Positions 19,248 to 29,146 of a stretch of 64,000 nt of DNA are shown here, one piece after another; the first letter of the stretch is position 1; the number at the start of each line of letters is the position of its first letter. The notes below the pieces were generated by a model. The model had not been told where the DNA came from, did no database searches, and worked only from the letters and a program-made list of their open reading frames with translations. The DNA is taken from contig JBEULP010000003.1 in assembly GCA_041287245.1 (NCBI GenBank), positions 96,001 through 160,000 of the forward strand, read 5' to 3'. The stretch comes from Infirmifilum sp. GTDB taxonomy: Archaea; Thermoproteota; Thermoprotei; Thermofilales; Thermofilaceae. Made by a program: the position numbers and the translations under genes.

Positions 19248-20147
19248 ATGTCTCATAAGGTTTTTCCACGAGAGGAGTATATCCTGAAGGGTCATGCCGC
19301 GTGTCCTGGCTGTGGAGCTACTCTTCTACTACGCCATGTTTTGAAAGCCCTCGGTCCCAATACCTACCTGGTTATACCGGCATGCTGTACCTCTGTGATC
19401 GCCGGACCACACCCGAAGAGCGCATTTAATGTGCCTGTTTTACACATAGCCTTTGCAGCCAGCGCGGCTGCCGCGTCGGGAATGTCCGAGGCTCTTGAGA
19501 AGCTTAGAAAAGAGGCAAACGTCGTAGTATGGGCTGGAGATGGCGGGACCGTTGACATCGGGTTGCAGGCGCTGAGCGGTGCTGCAGAGCGTGGAAACAA
19601 TATTATCTACATATGCTATGACAACGAGGCCTACATGAACACGGGGATCCAGAAGTCAGGCTCTACTCCCTATAAGGCGTGGACGACCACAACGCCAACA
19701 GGTAATCCCGGGATGAAGAAGGATGTCCCGGGAATTATGGTTGCCCACAGGGTTCCTTATGTTGCCACGATAAACCCAGCCTACCCTAACGATATATATA
19801 ATAAGCTAAGGAAGGCTGCGAGTATTCGCGGGGGGCTGAAATATATTCATGCTTTGTCACCCTGCCCTCCTGGCTGGAGGTATGATCCTGCGTTAACCGT
19901 TAAGATAGCTAGGCTTGCCGTTGAGACTGGTGTTTGGGTTCTCTATGAGGTTGAAAACGGTGTTTTCAGGCTTACGGGTCCCAGCGTCAAGCTTGTAGAT
20001 AAAAAGTATAGGAAGCCAGTTGCTGAATATCTCAAGTTGCAAGGAAGGTTTGCCCATCTCACGGCAGATGACGTAGAACGCATTCAGGCGTGGGTAGACG
20101 AGCAGTGGGAGAATATTGCTAGGATGGTAAACGAGAAGAAAGAATAG
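19248..20147 (+). CDS. porB: 2-oxoacid:ferredoxin oxidoreductase beta subunit
   Basis: ACPGCG, TPP motif GDGG...DNEAYMNTG, SPCPPGW. Confidence 0.92.
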   Translation: MSHKVFPREEYILKGHAACPGCGATLLLRHVLKALGPNTYLVIPACCTSVIAGPHPKSAFNVPVLHIAFAASAAAASGMSEALEKLRKEANVVVWAGDGGTVDIGLQALSGAAERGNNIIYICYDNEAYMNTGIQKSGSTPYKAWTTTTPTGNPGMKKDVPGIMVAHRVPYVATINPAYPNDIYNKLRKAASIRGGLKYIHALSPCPPGWRYDPALTVKIARLAVETGVWVLYEVENGVFRLTGPSVKLVDKKYRKPVAEYLKLQGRFAHLTADDVERIQAWVDEQWENIARMVNEKKE

Positions 20148-20200
20148 GGTTCAAGGGAAGATCTGAAACTTTATTAACTTCTCCTTTTTCAAATCAAAGT

Positions 20201-20359
20201 ATGAGTACTGAGGAAAAGATTTACAGGTGTATGCAGTGCGGTAAAGAATTCAGCCTAAAAGAGATCATAGCGCTCCCAGGCTTCAGATGTCCTTACTGTG
20301 GCTTCAGAATAGTGGAGAAGACTCGCCCGGTTATACCTAAACGCGTCCGTGCCGTCTAA
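20201..20359 (+). CDS. rpoP: RNA polymerase subunit P (Rpo12), not in ORF track
   Basis: Manual translation MSTEEKIYRCMQCGKEF...RCPYCGFRIVEKTRPVIPKRVRAV. Confidence 0.93.
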   Translation: MSTEEKIYRCMQCGKEFSLKEIIALPGFRCPYCGFRIVEKTRPVIPKRVRAV

Positions 20360-20456
20360 AATCACGCGCGTCCTTGCTTTGAGCATAACGTGTTTAGAAG
20401 CAAACGTAAAAAATAAAAGAGAGTTGACGAGGTTTATAGTTGCACACAGGGTTGAA

Positions 20457-20744
20457 ATGAGCGCGGAAATACTAGATAATATATTAAAGTCGGTCTTCAA
20501 GGAGCAGCAAGTAATCAAAATACGAGTTGAAAAGCGTAAGGGCCACAGAGACGTTACAGTAATCACTGGGCTAGACACTAAGGATCCAGAGTTACATAAA
20601 ATGGTTTCTGAGTTAAAGTCAAAGCTTGCCTGTGGCGGGACGATAAAGGACGATCATGTTGAGCTTCAGGGCGATCATAGATACAGAGTCAAAGAGTACC
20701 TTATAGCCCGCGGCTTCTCAGAGAGCAATATTCTGGTAGAGTGA
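20457..20744 (+). CDS. sui1: translation initiation factor SUI1/aIF1
   Basis: ELKSKLACGGT, VELQGDHR; ATG 20457. Confidence 0.93.
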   Translation: MSAEILDNILKSVFKEQQVIKIRVEKRKGHRDVTVITGLDTKDPELHKMVSELKSKLACGGTIKDDHVELQGDHRYRVKEYLIARGFSESNILVE

Positions 20745-20846
20745 ATAAAAGCATTATTTAATTTTTCTCGTGTTTTTACATTTTCAATTTTTCTCAGGCT
20801 TAAATATGCGAGGCTTTTTTATACTTGGTTTACGAATTTTTAAATT

Positions 20847-21302
20847 ATGAGTGAGCCGGCGCGTGTGGCTGAAGAGCTAGCAGAAGCCATGGCTAAAATA
20901 CAGAAAGAGCTTAACGAGACCCTCCGCAATATATGGGCGAAGTATTCTGCTCTCTATCCAGACAAGCTAAGGGTCTATGACCCCCTCTTTGACATTGAGG
21001 ACAGAGGTGACAGTATTGTAGTTTACGTCGACGTCCCCGGCTTCAAGAGAAATGAGATTCGCATTCGAGTTACGGAGGACTCATTAGAGATCATCGCTGA
21101 AAAATCGGAGGAGAAGATAAGGGAGGAAAGCGATAGAAAATACCTTCAGAGACAGCGGCTCTACAGGCAGATCTACAAGAAGATAGAGCTACCGGTGAAG
21201 GTGAGGCCTGAACAGGCGCGGGCTAGACTGGAAGAGGGAGTACTGATGGTTATGCTCCCTAAGAGCGGGGCTGAACGTGAAGTTCAGTTAAACGTAGAGT
21301 AA
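20847..21302 (+). CDS. small heat-shock protein Hsp20
   Basis: Alpha-crystallin domain DVPG...ARLEEGVLMVMLPK. Confidence 0.9.
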   Translation: MSEPARVAEELAEAMAKIQKELNETLRNIWAKYSALYPDKLRVYDPLFDIEDRGDSIVVYVDVPGFKRNEIRIRVTEDSLEIIAEKSEEKIREESDRKYLQRQRLYRQIYKKIELPVKVRPEQARARLEEGVLMVMLPKSGAEREVQLNVE

Positions 21303-21413
21303 AAAATTGTGGATGTTTTTAACTTTCCAGCTGAGAATAGCTCTGATATTTTCAGGCACGCCCGTCGGCTTATCACGCGAGGCTGGTTTGTCGGTGTTTA
21401 AAGCCTGAAGAGT

Positions 21414-22151
21414 GTGTTTATGGATAGGAGGATGACGGTCACGGGTGCTTTGAAGTTTGAGGTTCCGGTTTTTATTTTTAAATTGTATGCTTTCGGCGGG
21501 ACAGGTCTTATTCTGGTGGAGCAGGGACATCTCCGTTTCATTGCTCTGAATCCCGAGAAAACGGGGTTGATGGAGGCTAGGTTTAAGACAGGCTACTTTG
21601 AAAAGTGGGAAGGGGAAGCACCTGGGAAGTATTTAGCCTTTGCCGCGGGGCTAGACGAGATTGTTTCCAACGTGGAGGTTGAGCTTAAGGATGGAGAGGT
21701 TATGATTAAGGGAATAAAACCTTATACAATGAATGCCCCGGATCCACCTGTTGTGCAAGTGCCTTTACGAAAGGTTGATTTTAAGCCGCCATTTTTCGAG
21801 CCTGCAGGGGAAATAACCTATGCCGGGTTCTTCGAGAACAGTTATAGCGAGCTCAGGAAATTAAAGGGTCTGGGTAATACTTATCTGATTGTTAAAGTTC
21901 AGGGTGAAACCTTGACGGTGTCCCCGCCTCTCAGAAGGTTTAAACTAGACAGTCCCGCGGAAATGGAGTTTGAGGTAAAGGTTCTAGCTCGGGATTTCGT
22001 AAGGGTGATTGACGTGGCGCGAGGCTTGTTCAGCACGAGGCACATGTTGCCTGTTGACAGTGTTTTTCCAACGGGTCCTCAGGGTCAGCATTTAGGGCTG
22101 AGATTCCATGCGCCTGGAGACATATATGCGGTTCTAGCAGGACAACTCTGA
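21414..22151 (+). CDS. hypothetical protein, possible divergent PCNA-like sliding-clamp fold
   Basis: 245 aa; GHLRFIALNPEKTGLMEARF...YFEKWE and C-terminal LGLRF...IYAVLA echo PCNA. Confidence 0.5.
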   Translation: MFMDRRMTVTGALKFEVPVFIFKLYAFGGTGLILVEQGHLRFIALNPEKTGLMEARFKTGYFEKWEGEAPGKYLAFAAGLDEIVSNVEVELKDGEVMIKGIKPYTMNAPDPPVVQVPLRKVDFKPPFFEPAGEITYAGFFENSYSELRKLKGLGNTYLIVKVQGETLTVSPPLRRFKLDSPAEMEFEVKVLARDFVRVIDVARGLFSTRHMLPVDSVFPTGPQGQHLGLRFHAPGDIYAVLAGQL

Positions 22152-22242
22152 CTTCCTCCCCGCGCGCTAGGACACTGTAGCGCGTGCTCTGAGATGCAAA
22201 AGTTTTTAAAACCTGGGTTTCTGAAAGAATAGGGAACTAAGT

Positions 22243-22542
22243 ATGCCGAAGGTCTTTGATGTAGGGAGAGTATGTGTTAAAACTGCTGGCCGCGAGGCTG
22301 GGGCAAAGTGCGTTGTTGTGGACATTGTAGACGAGAAGTTTGTTGTGATTACTGGTCCCAAGACCCTGACAGGCGTCAAGAGGCGGCGGGTCAATGTAAG
22401 GCACCTCGAGCCGCTCCAACATAAGGTTACGATAAATAAGGGGGCAAGCGACGAAGAGGTAATAGCCGCGTTGGAGAAGGCGGGCCTTCTTGACTTTATG
22501 CGGGAAAGGGTTCAGCCCCTCATGGCTCCAGGCGTTGCTTAG
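22243..22542 (+). CDS. rpl14e: 50S ribosomal protein L14e
   Basis: [23 protein letters not shown]. Confidence 0.95.
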   Translation: MPKVFDVGRVCVKTAGREAGAKCVVVDIVDEKFVVITGPKTLTGVKRRRVNVRHLEPLQHKVTINKGASDEEVIAALEKAGLLDFMRERVQPLMAPGVA

Positions 22543-22592
22543 TCATCACTATTTATATTTTAAAGGTCATCAAAGATAGAGGCTAGATTAGC

Positions 22593-23612
22593 TTGCAGCC
22601 TGCGCTTAGCAAGTATCTGGGTAAGCCCAGCCCCCGGGAGATCCTCATTAGGAGTGAAGCCGAAACCGACCCGAGCTATGGCTTCCAACCTTACAGGCGC
22701 CCCGTCGAGGAGTTGCTTAAATATGCAGTCATCAACTTGGATAAACCAGTTGGTCCCAGTAGCCATGAGGTTGTCGCTTGGCTTAGGCGGCTTCTAGGGA
22801 TTGAGCGTTTAGCGCATGCGGGAACTTTGGATCCCAAGGTTTCAGGCGTCCTGCCGATAACGGTGAACAACTCGTTAAGGATACTTCCTGTGCTACTTCA
22901 CGAGGACAAGGAGTATGTCTGCGTTATGAGGCTTCATGGGGACGTGAGCAGAGAGAGGCTTGAAAACGTAGTCTCTATGTTCAAGGGGGCTATCTACCAG
23001 CGGCCTCCACTCCGTTCTGCTGTGAAGAGAAACTTGAGGGTCAGGAAGATATTCGATATAAGGCTGCTTGAAGTGGACGGGAGGAATGTTTTGCTACAGG
23101 TCTGGTGTGAGGCTGGGACGTACATGAGGAAACTGTGCCACGACATAGGTGAGGTCCTCGGCGTCGGCGCCCACATGCAGGAGCTTAGACGTATAAGATC
23201 CGGGTCGCTCACCGAGGAGAAGCGGTTGGCGACGATCCACGACGTTGTAGACGCGTACATCCTGTGGAAGTCACACGGGATAGAGGAGTATCTTAGACAG
23301 GTTTTTCTACCGGTAGAGGAGGCTGTGCAACACATACCTAAAGTCTGGATACGTGATACAGCGGTGGACGCAGTATGCCATGGCGCCCCGGTAGCTGTCC
23401 CAGGAATAGTGAAGCTTGAGAGCAATATACGTACAGGAGACATTGTTGGCGTATACACGTTGAAGGATGAGCTTGTAGCTCTAGGCATCGCGAAGTTTAA
23501 CAGCGGGAAAATGATGTCCGCGAAAAGCGGGATAGCAGTAAAGGTTAATCATGTCGTAATGGAGCCGGGAGTTTATCCTAGGGCGTGGAAGTCTAAAGAG
23601 GAGAGCCACTAA
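22593..23612 (+). CDS. cbf5: H/ACA RNP pseudouridine synthase Cbf5
   Basis: DKPVGPSSHEV, HAGTLDPKVSG, C-terminal PUA domain. Confidence 0.95.
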   Translation: MQPALSKYLGKPSPREILIRSEAETDPSYGFQPYRRPVEELLKYAVINLDKPVGPSSHEVVAWLRRLLGIERLAHAGTLDPKVSGVLPITVNNSLRILPVLLHEDKEYVCVMRLHGDVSRERLENVVSMFKGAIYQRPPLRSAVKRNLRVRKIFDIRLLEVDGRNVLLQVWCEAGTYMRKLCHDIGEVLGVGAHMQELRRIRSGSLTEEKRLATIHDVVDAYILWKSHGIEEYLRQVFLPVEEAVQHIPKVWIRDTAVDAVCHGAPVAVPGIVKLESNIRTGDIVGVYTLKDELVALGIAKFNSGKMMSAKSGIAVKVNHVVMEPGVYPRAWKSKEESH

Positions 23613-23644
23613 ATAGGACGCTGATGACCTAGAATCGCGCGAAG

Positions 23645-24157
23645 TCAGGCTAACCTGTCCAGCTTGATGTTGACTATAGCGATGGTCACATCCGGTGGTT
23701 TAGGTTTCGACGTAGCCCTAATCCTCACGCCTCGAGCCGGGCTCATAGGAGGAGTAGTCAACGGGAGGAAAAATGAAAGGCTTGCTTTAACAGCCGGGAC
23801 GACCTGCTCAAGCAGAGGCCCGTTGTTTTCCACGATGAAGTCAGCCTCTAACTTAGGGCTTTGAGGCTTCTCTAAGAGGATGCCGTCATGAACCTTTATT
23901 TGTCTCTCAGACCGACCCATGTTACGCTCAATCTTCTTCAGAATACCTAATAGGGATATCTCATCAACGTGTACATGCTTTAAACGGTCGCCGTAGAAGG
24001 TGGCGATCTTCATGGTATCTGAAAAGTAGAATTGAAGAATAACGTCTTTTCGAATTCCATGGGAAAGATAGAAGGATGAAGAGATTATCCGGGCCAGTAA
24101 AGGCTTCTCAGATTTCAGGAACTCTAAAGTAGCCTCGACGATAAATTTACGCCTCAA
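23645..24157 (-). CDS. TrmY-like SPOUT protein, apparently degenerate
   Basis: ARIISSSFYLSHGIRKDV matches TrmY N-terminus; adjacent to srp54. Confidence 0.65.
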   Translation of the reverse strand: MRRKFIVEATLEFLKSEKPLLARIISSSFYLSHGIRKDVILQFYFSDTMKIATFYGDRLKHVHVDEISLLGILKKIERNMGRSERQIKVHDGILLEKPQSPKLEADFIVENNGPLLEQVVPAVKASLSFFLPLTTPPMSPARGVRIRATSKPKPPDVTIAIVNIKLDRLA

Positions 24158-25464
24158 AAGGATAGCCCCGGCACACGTCGTCTAGAGCGGTAAAGTTGCC
24201 TCATAAGCTTCTTCATCTGGGCGTGAGCCTCAAGAAGTTTTTTTACGTCCCGTACAGTAGTCCCCGACCCCCTCGCTATTCTCATCATGCGGGACCTATC
24301 TATAATCTCGGGTTTTAAAAGCTCCTCGGCTGTCATCGAGTTCATAATGGCAATCCACCTGTCAACCTTCCTTTCACTGTTCTCAACAGAGCCTTTAATA
24401 GGAATAGGGGATCCGCCGAACATCTCAAGAACCTTTGAAAGGGGCCCCATCTTCCGAACCTCTAGGAGTTGCTCTTTTAGGTCTAAGAGGGTTATTTTTC
24501 CAGAGGCAATCAGTCTGGCTCTCTCTTTCTCGGTTTCTTCGAAGGCCTGGAATCTCTTAAGCAATGCATCAAGGTCAGGCATTCCTAAGAGGCGGGCAAC
24601 AAACCTCTGCGGGACAAAAGCCTCAAGGTTTTCCAATTTTTCTCCTGTGCCAACGAAAACAATGCTAGCACCTGTTGACGCCACCGCCGACAAAGCCCCT
24701 CCGCCGCGGGCCGAGCCGTCGAGCTTCGTTACTATTACATGACCCAGGGGCACACGCTCATGGAACGCCTTTGCCTGCCTCGCAACCTCTTTTCCAAGTG
24801 TCGCGTCAACAACGAGAATCACGTCGTCGGGTTTTAGCTTCTCATATATCTCTGAGACCTCACGCATGAGGGCTTCCTCGTCTTTATGCCTGCCTGCAGT
24901 GTCAATTATGAACACCTGGACCTTCTTTTCTTGGAGGCTCCGAATTCCCTCCTCTACTAGTCTAATAGGGTCCTTCAAGCCAGGGTTGCCGTAGAAGTCC
25001 ACATCTATTAAGGCTGCAAGTTGTTTTAGCTGCTCATGAGCCCCGGGCCTATAGGTATCCGCTGCGATTAATCCTACACGGTAACCCGACTCCTTCAGGT
25101 ATTTCGCGAGCTTTGCTGCTGTTGTGGTTTTTCCCGACCCCTCAATTCCGACAAGCATTATCTTGTATGGGGTCTTTGGTATAGTGAACTCCTTGGAGGC
25201 TTCGCCGCCTAATAGCGATACGAGCTCGTCATACAGTATTTTTATCAGGAGCTCTCGCTTGGAGAACCCCGGAGGAATCTCTTGAGAAAAGAACTTCTTC
25301 TTTATCCTCTCAGAGAGGTCGAATACCAGTTTAACGTCAACGTCAGCCTTTAGAAGTACCCGCTGGAGGTCACGTATGATCGTGTCTACCTCCTTAGTGT
25401 CTAAAAGCACCGAGTTCTTAATTTTCTCTACAACACCAAGTAGACTCGTCCTAAGGCTCTCCAT
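24154..25464 (-). CDS. srp54: signal recognition particle protein SRP54
   Basis: GSGKTTT, DTAGRH, TKLDGSARGGG, M-domain RIARGSG. Confidence 0.96.
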   Translation of the reverse strand: MESLRTSLLGVVEKIKNSVLLDTKEVDTIIRDLQRVLLKADVDVKLVFDLSERIKKKFFSQEIPPGFSKRELLIKILYDELVSLLGGEASKEFTIPKTPYKIMLVGIEGSGKTTTAAKLAKYLKESGYRVGLIAADTYRPGAHEQLKQLAALIDVDFYGNPGLKDPIRLVEEGIRSLQEKKVQVFIIDTAGRHKDEEALMREVSEIYEKLKPDDVILVVDATLGKEVARQAKAFHERVPLGHVIVTKLDGSARGGGALSAVASTGASIVFVGTGEKLENLEAFVPQRFVARLLGMPDLDALLKRFQAFEETEKERARLIASGKITLLDLKEQLLEVRKMGPLSKVLEMFGGSPIPIKGSVENSERKVDRWIAIMNSMTAEELLKPEIIDRSRMMRIARGSGTTVRDVKKLLEAHAQMKKLMRQLYRSRRRVPGLSF

Positions 25465-25494
25465 CAGTCTTCTGAAAGAATAATAGAAAACTCG

Positions 25495-26688
25495 TTATAT
25501 AATTAATTGTTCCAGTTTCTGCGAGACTCGCTCTAGGACCTCGTTGTTCGCTAACCCCTCCCACTCCACTGCCTCGACACTCATGAAGCCAAACCCTTTA
25601 AGCTTCTCGACAATCTTCTTACCGGCAATCCCCGACCAAGCATACGGCGCCAGAACCAAGAACCGAAGGTCCCTCCTGTAAGACAGTTTTTCTCCGATGA
25701 TATCCACAAGAAACCTAATCAACGGCTGCACATCAGCCTCATACGTAGCAGCGCCAAGAACCACTAGCCTCGAGTCAGTCATGCTTGCCAAGGCGTCTGA
25801 GACGTTCGCCCTGGAAGAATCCGTAAACGCGTAAACCTCAACAGGTATTGATCGTGCCTTTAAAACTTCTCCTACATGGCTAGCTACAGCCTCCACATTC
25901 CCATACATAGAAACATATATTATTGTCGCCTTGTTCACCGACTTCCCCTCTGCCAGATTAGAATAAAAGTTCAAAACATCCTTTATATGCGAACGCAAAA
26001 TCGTCCCGTGCCCCGGGGCTATGACGCGGGGGGTTATTGCAGCTTCCTCCAGCTTCCTGATAGCTTTCGACACATTGGGAGCATAATGGCCTATCACGGT
26101 CACGAAATACTTCCTGATTTCTCGCTCAAGCTCAACGAGATCCACCTCATCGTCGAAGAGAGGCTGTAGAGAGTAGCTGCCGAAGGCATCGCACGTGAGC
26201 AGTACACCATATTCCTGTAGGTAGGTTATTGAAGTCTCTGGCCAGTGCAGCCAGGGCGTGTGGATAAACTTCGCGGGAGTCCCAATGTCAATGGTTGCAC
26301 CGTCGGGTAAAGGCTTGAACCGTGATACTCCGTAGAAGCTCTTGAGCATTTTTCCAGCGAGGGGGTGCCCGTAAAAGACCGCTTTGCTGTTTACTTGTGC
26401 GAGTTTTTTAATGCTGCCGCTGTGGTCGGGCTCCAAATGATGTACAATAACTTCGGTGATATCCCTAGGGTCGGCAACGCTTTTCAACGTCTCGAGAAAT
26501 AAATCTGCATACCGCTCCTTCCACCCATCGAATAGAACTACGTGATCTCCTTTGACGAGTAAATAGGCGTTATAACTTATGCGCTCGGGAATCTCCCAGA
26601 GAGCCTCGAAAAAAACTGTATGAACGTCGTCGACTCGTAGAACATAGAGATCATCGGCCACTTTACCGAGATAAACTTTTTCAACCAT
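25495..26688 (-). CDS. fprA: flavodiiron protein (FprA family)
   Basis: HLEPDH, HWPE, CDAFG, PGHG, flavodoxin SMYGN. Confidence 0.92.
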   Translation of the reverse strand: MVEKVYLGKVADDLYVLRVDDVHTVFFEALWEIPERISYNAYLLVKGDHVVLFDGWKERYADLFLETLKSVADPRDITEVIVHHLEPDHSGSIKKLAQVNSKAVFYGHPLAGKMLKSFYGVSRFKPLPDGATIDIGTPAKFIHTPWLHWPETSITYLQEYGVLLTCDAFGSYSLQPLFDDEVDLVELEREIRKYFVTVIGHYAPNVSKAIRKLEEAAITPRVIAPGHGTILRSHIKDVLNFYSNLAEGKSVNKATIIYVSMYGNVEAVASHVGEVLKARSIPVEVYAFTDSSRANVSDALASMTDSRLVVLGAATYEADVQPLIRFLVDIIGEKLSYRRDLRFLVLAPYAWSGIAGKKIVEKLKGFGFMSVEAVEWEGLANNEVLERVSQKLEQLII

Positions 26689-26775
26689 TACGTTTTAAAC
26701 AGAAATACAAATTATTTAATTGTATCGGCGCATAAACATTATAACGAGGTGTGAGTCAGCTTCAAGGTGAGGAGC

Positions 26776-27039
26776 ATGGCACAGGAAATTAAGCCTCAAA
26801 TCAGAAACGCGATTGAAATTTTGAAGCAAATCGCTGATGATAGAGGCGTACCTAGAAACATACGTAGAGTCGCCACCGAAGCCATAGAGATTCTAATGGA
26901 CAACAAGATGTCTACGGGGCTGAGAGCCGCCACAGTTATTTCGAAGCTGGATGAAATATCCACCGACCCGAACATGCCGCTCTTCGCGCGTACAAAGATA
27001 TGGCAAGTAACCTCTCTACTAGAACAGGTCAAGGATTAA
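26776..27039 (+). CDS. UPF0147 protein
   Basis: VPRNIRR, DPNMP, RTKIWQVTSLLE. Confidence 0.9.
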   Translation: MAQEIKPQIRNAIEILKQIADDRGVPRNIRRVATEAIEILMDNKMSTGLRAATVISKLDEISTDPNMPLFARTKIWQVTSLLEQVKD

Positions 27040-28061
27040 TGAGTGTGCGAAGGTTACCAACGGGTAGCGTCGTATACGGGAGGCTTCCGCAAGGATGCCG
27101 GCTGTGTCAAGAAGGGCTTAAAACTGTTATTTTTCTCACGGGCTTGTGCCCGCTTTCCTGTTTCTATTGCCCGCTGAGTTCGGAGAGGAAAAACCGTGAC
27201 AGGATCTTCATAAACGAATTTGAAAGCAATGAGAGGGATCTAGCTAGGAGAACAGTATTCGAGGTGCTGAGATCCGCCGCCAAAGGTGCAAGCCTGACAG
27301 GTGGGGAGCCCCTGGTAAAGATGGATCGGGCTTTAAGAATCATACAACACCTCAAAGAAGTCTTCGGCGAGGACTTTCACATTCACCTCTACACCAGCGG
27401 GGTTCTCCTAACCCAGGTTGGGCTTGAAAAGCTTGTAGACGCGGGGCTAGATGAGCTACGGATACATGCTCCTCTAAAAATATTAGAGGAGAAAATAAGA
27501 CTCGCAGCCGAGTTCAGAGACAAGCTGTCGATAGGCCTTGAATACCCCGCGCTCCCAGGCGGCGAGGCTACGCTTATAGAAATTGCCGAGCTTGCAGAAA
27601 AATATGAGCTAAGCTTCATAAATCTAAATGAGCTTGAATTCACGGAGACAAACAACTCTTCGCTTCTACTCCGCGGCTATAAGATGAACAGCGATTATAG
27701 GAGCGCGTACGGCAGCCGCGGCACCGCCCTGAAGGTTATACGGTACGCCCGGGCTAAGAACCTTAACCTAACCGTACACTTCTGCCCAGTCGCTGTTAAG
27801 GATTATCAACAGACAGGACTACGCTACTTCCGCACGGGGAACATGATAGCACGCCCCTACCAGTTTCTCACGGACGACGGGACAACACTCGAGATCGTAT
27901 ATCAAGAATTGACGCAGGAAGCCCAGGAGAAAGCAGCAATATACCCCCGGGGACTCCTACATCCCCTCCTATTAGACTATGTTAAAAAGGGTAGATTGGT
28001 CGAGCGGAGCCCCCTTCTAAACTGGCTCAGTATAGAAGAAACACCCGTAGGACAAGAATAG
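27039..28061 (+). CDS. radical SAM protein (COG2108-like)
   Basis: GCRLCQEG, CPLSCFYC, TGGEP, NLNELEF. Confidence 0.87.
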   Translation: MSVRRLPTGSVVYGRLPQGCRLCQEGLKTVIFLTGLCPLSCFYCPLSSERKNRDRIFINEFESNERDLARRTVFEVLRSAAKGASLTGGEPLVKMDRALRIIQHLKEVFGEDFHIHLYTSGVLLTQVGLEKLVDAGLDELRIHAPLKILEEKIRLAAEFRDKLSIGLEYPALPGGEATLIEIAELAEKYELSFINLNELEFTETNNSSLLLRGYKMNSDYRSAYGSRGTALKVIRYARAKNLNLTVHFCPVAVKDYQQTGLRYFRTGNMIARPYQFLTDDGTTLEIVYQELTQEAQEKAAIYPRGLLHPLLLDYVKKGRLVERSPLLNWLSIEETPVGQE

Positions 28062-28149
28062 AACCATGGAGCTTTCTCTCGCCAAGCTCTATACATGCTC
28101 GCAAACAAAAGGGGTATTAAAAACGGCTGAAGGGGCTTGATAAAACTAG

Positions 28150-28282
28150 TGCCGGGGCCGGGGTTTGAACCCGGGACCTGTCCCGACGCAGGTAGACATC
28201 TACCTATGCGTCTCGGTCTTCAGCCGAGCGCTCTCCATAGCCCGCTCATACCGAGTGAGGCGCCAAGCTGAGCTACCCCGGC
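28150..28282 (-). tRNA. tRNA-Phe(GAA) with two non-canonical introns (D-loop ~27 nt; variable loop ~32 nt)
   Basis: GCCGGGG/CCCCGGC acceptor, CTCGG-CTGAAGA-CCGAG arm, GTTCAAAC; 133 nt versus ~74 mature. Confidence 0.88.
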
Positions 28283-28444
28283 GCACTAGTGTATAGAAAC
28301 ACTTTGGGGGTTATAAACCTTTAGTGGAGAAACCAGGAAGCGCCCAAGACTTTCGCGTCTAAAAATAACTATGGTTGCACACCGCGCGCGGCGCGCGGGT
28401 ATAAGATTTTATGGAGCGCATGAGAATTGTAAAAATTTTTGTTA

Positions 28445-28518
28445 TAGCCCGGCGGGGATTCGAACCCCGGATCTGCGGGGCCAGAGCCCGCCATGCTTGA
28501 CCGCTACACCACCGGGCT
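28445..28518 (-). tRNA. tRNA-Gln(CUG)
   Basis: AGCCCGG/CCGGGCT acceptor, GCGGG-CTCTGGC-CCCGC arm, no intron. Confidence 0.93.
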
Positions 28519-28615
28519 TCGAGATTTTAATAGGGGTGTGAAATTTAAATTTAGCTCTATTAGCAGCCGGAAGCCGTCGTTTTTCTGTTTTCTAAGCGAA
28601 GAGCTTATTTAGCTG

Positions 28616-29065
28616 GTGCAGCTTCGCACTTGGGGGATGTTTTTGCGGATGCGTGCCTTGAAGAGTATAGGAGCTTTCTATGTGAACAAGGATTCAGAGG
28701 TTTTTTGGCTTGATTTGAGCGTTTTAGGTTTCAAGAGGATCAAGGGCGGGGAGAGATTTTTAGAGTATTTTGACAGGGTTTTGGAGTGGGCCAAGGAGTA
28801 TGGCCTAGACCCCGAAGATTACGTGGTGTCAAACTGGGTCATGCGGGTTCAACTGCCTGAAGAGCCTCCGAGGAACGCATTGGTTCTCGTCATAACTTTC
28901 TCGCTAGATAAACGCGTGATATATACTGTTCTAGCCTCCTTTACCCCAGGTGTTTTAACGTATATCAATAATAGAATCAAGAGCGCGGGCTGGAGGAGGG
29001 AATTCTTATTTGATATGACTTTTGAGCGAATAACCGGATACAGCCCTTCTAGCGAAAAAAACTGA
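28616..29065 (+). CDS. hypothetical protein between tRNA genes
   Basis: 149-aa ORF, no recognised motif; start uncertain. Confidence 0.6.
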   Translation: MQLRTWGMFLRMRALKSIGAFYVNKDSEVFWLDLSVLGFKRIKGGERFLEYFDRVLEWAKEYGLDPEDYVVSNWVMRVQLPEEPPRNALVLVITFSLDKRVIYTVLASFTPGVLTYINNRIKSAGWRREFLFDMTFERITGYSPSSEKN

Positions 29066-29146
29066 AAGACTTTTTCACAAGTTTTTACCTTTTGGTTTAC
29101 AATATCTTTTCTTAACGTAAGCGAGCACTCAGAACCTCTAGGCTAG

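Noticed and set aside
22780..22860. Intron in cbf5, as in some crenarchaea
   Set aside because: The frame is continuous through HAGTLDPKVSG with no extra sequence
23615..23670. CTGATGA box C after cbf5
   Set aside because: No properly spaced D/D'/C' boxes
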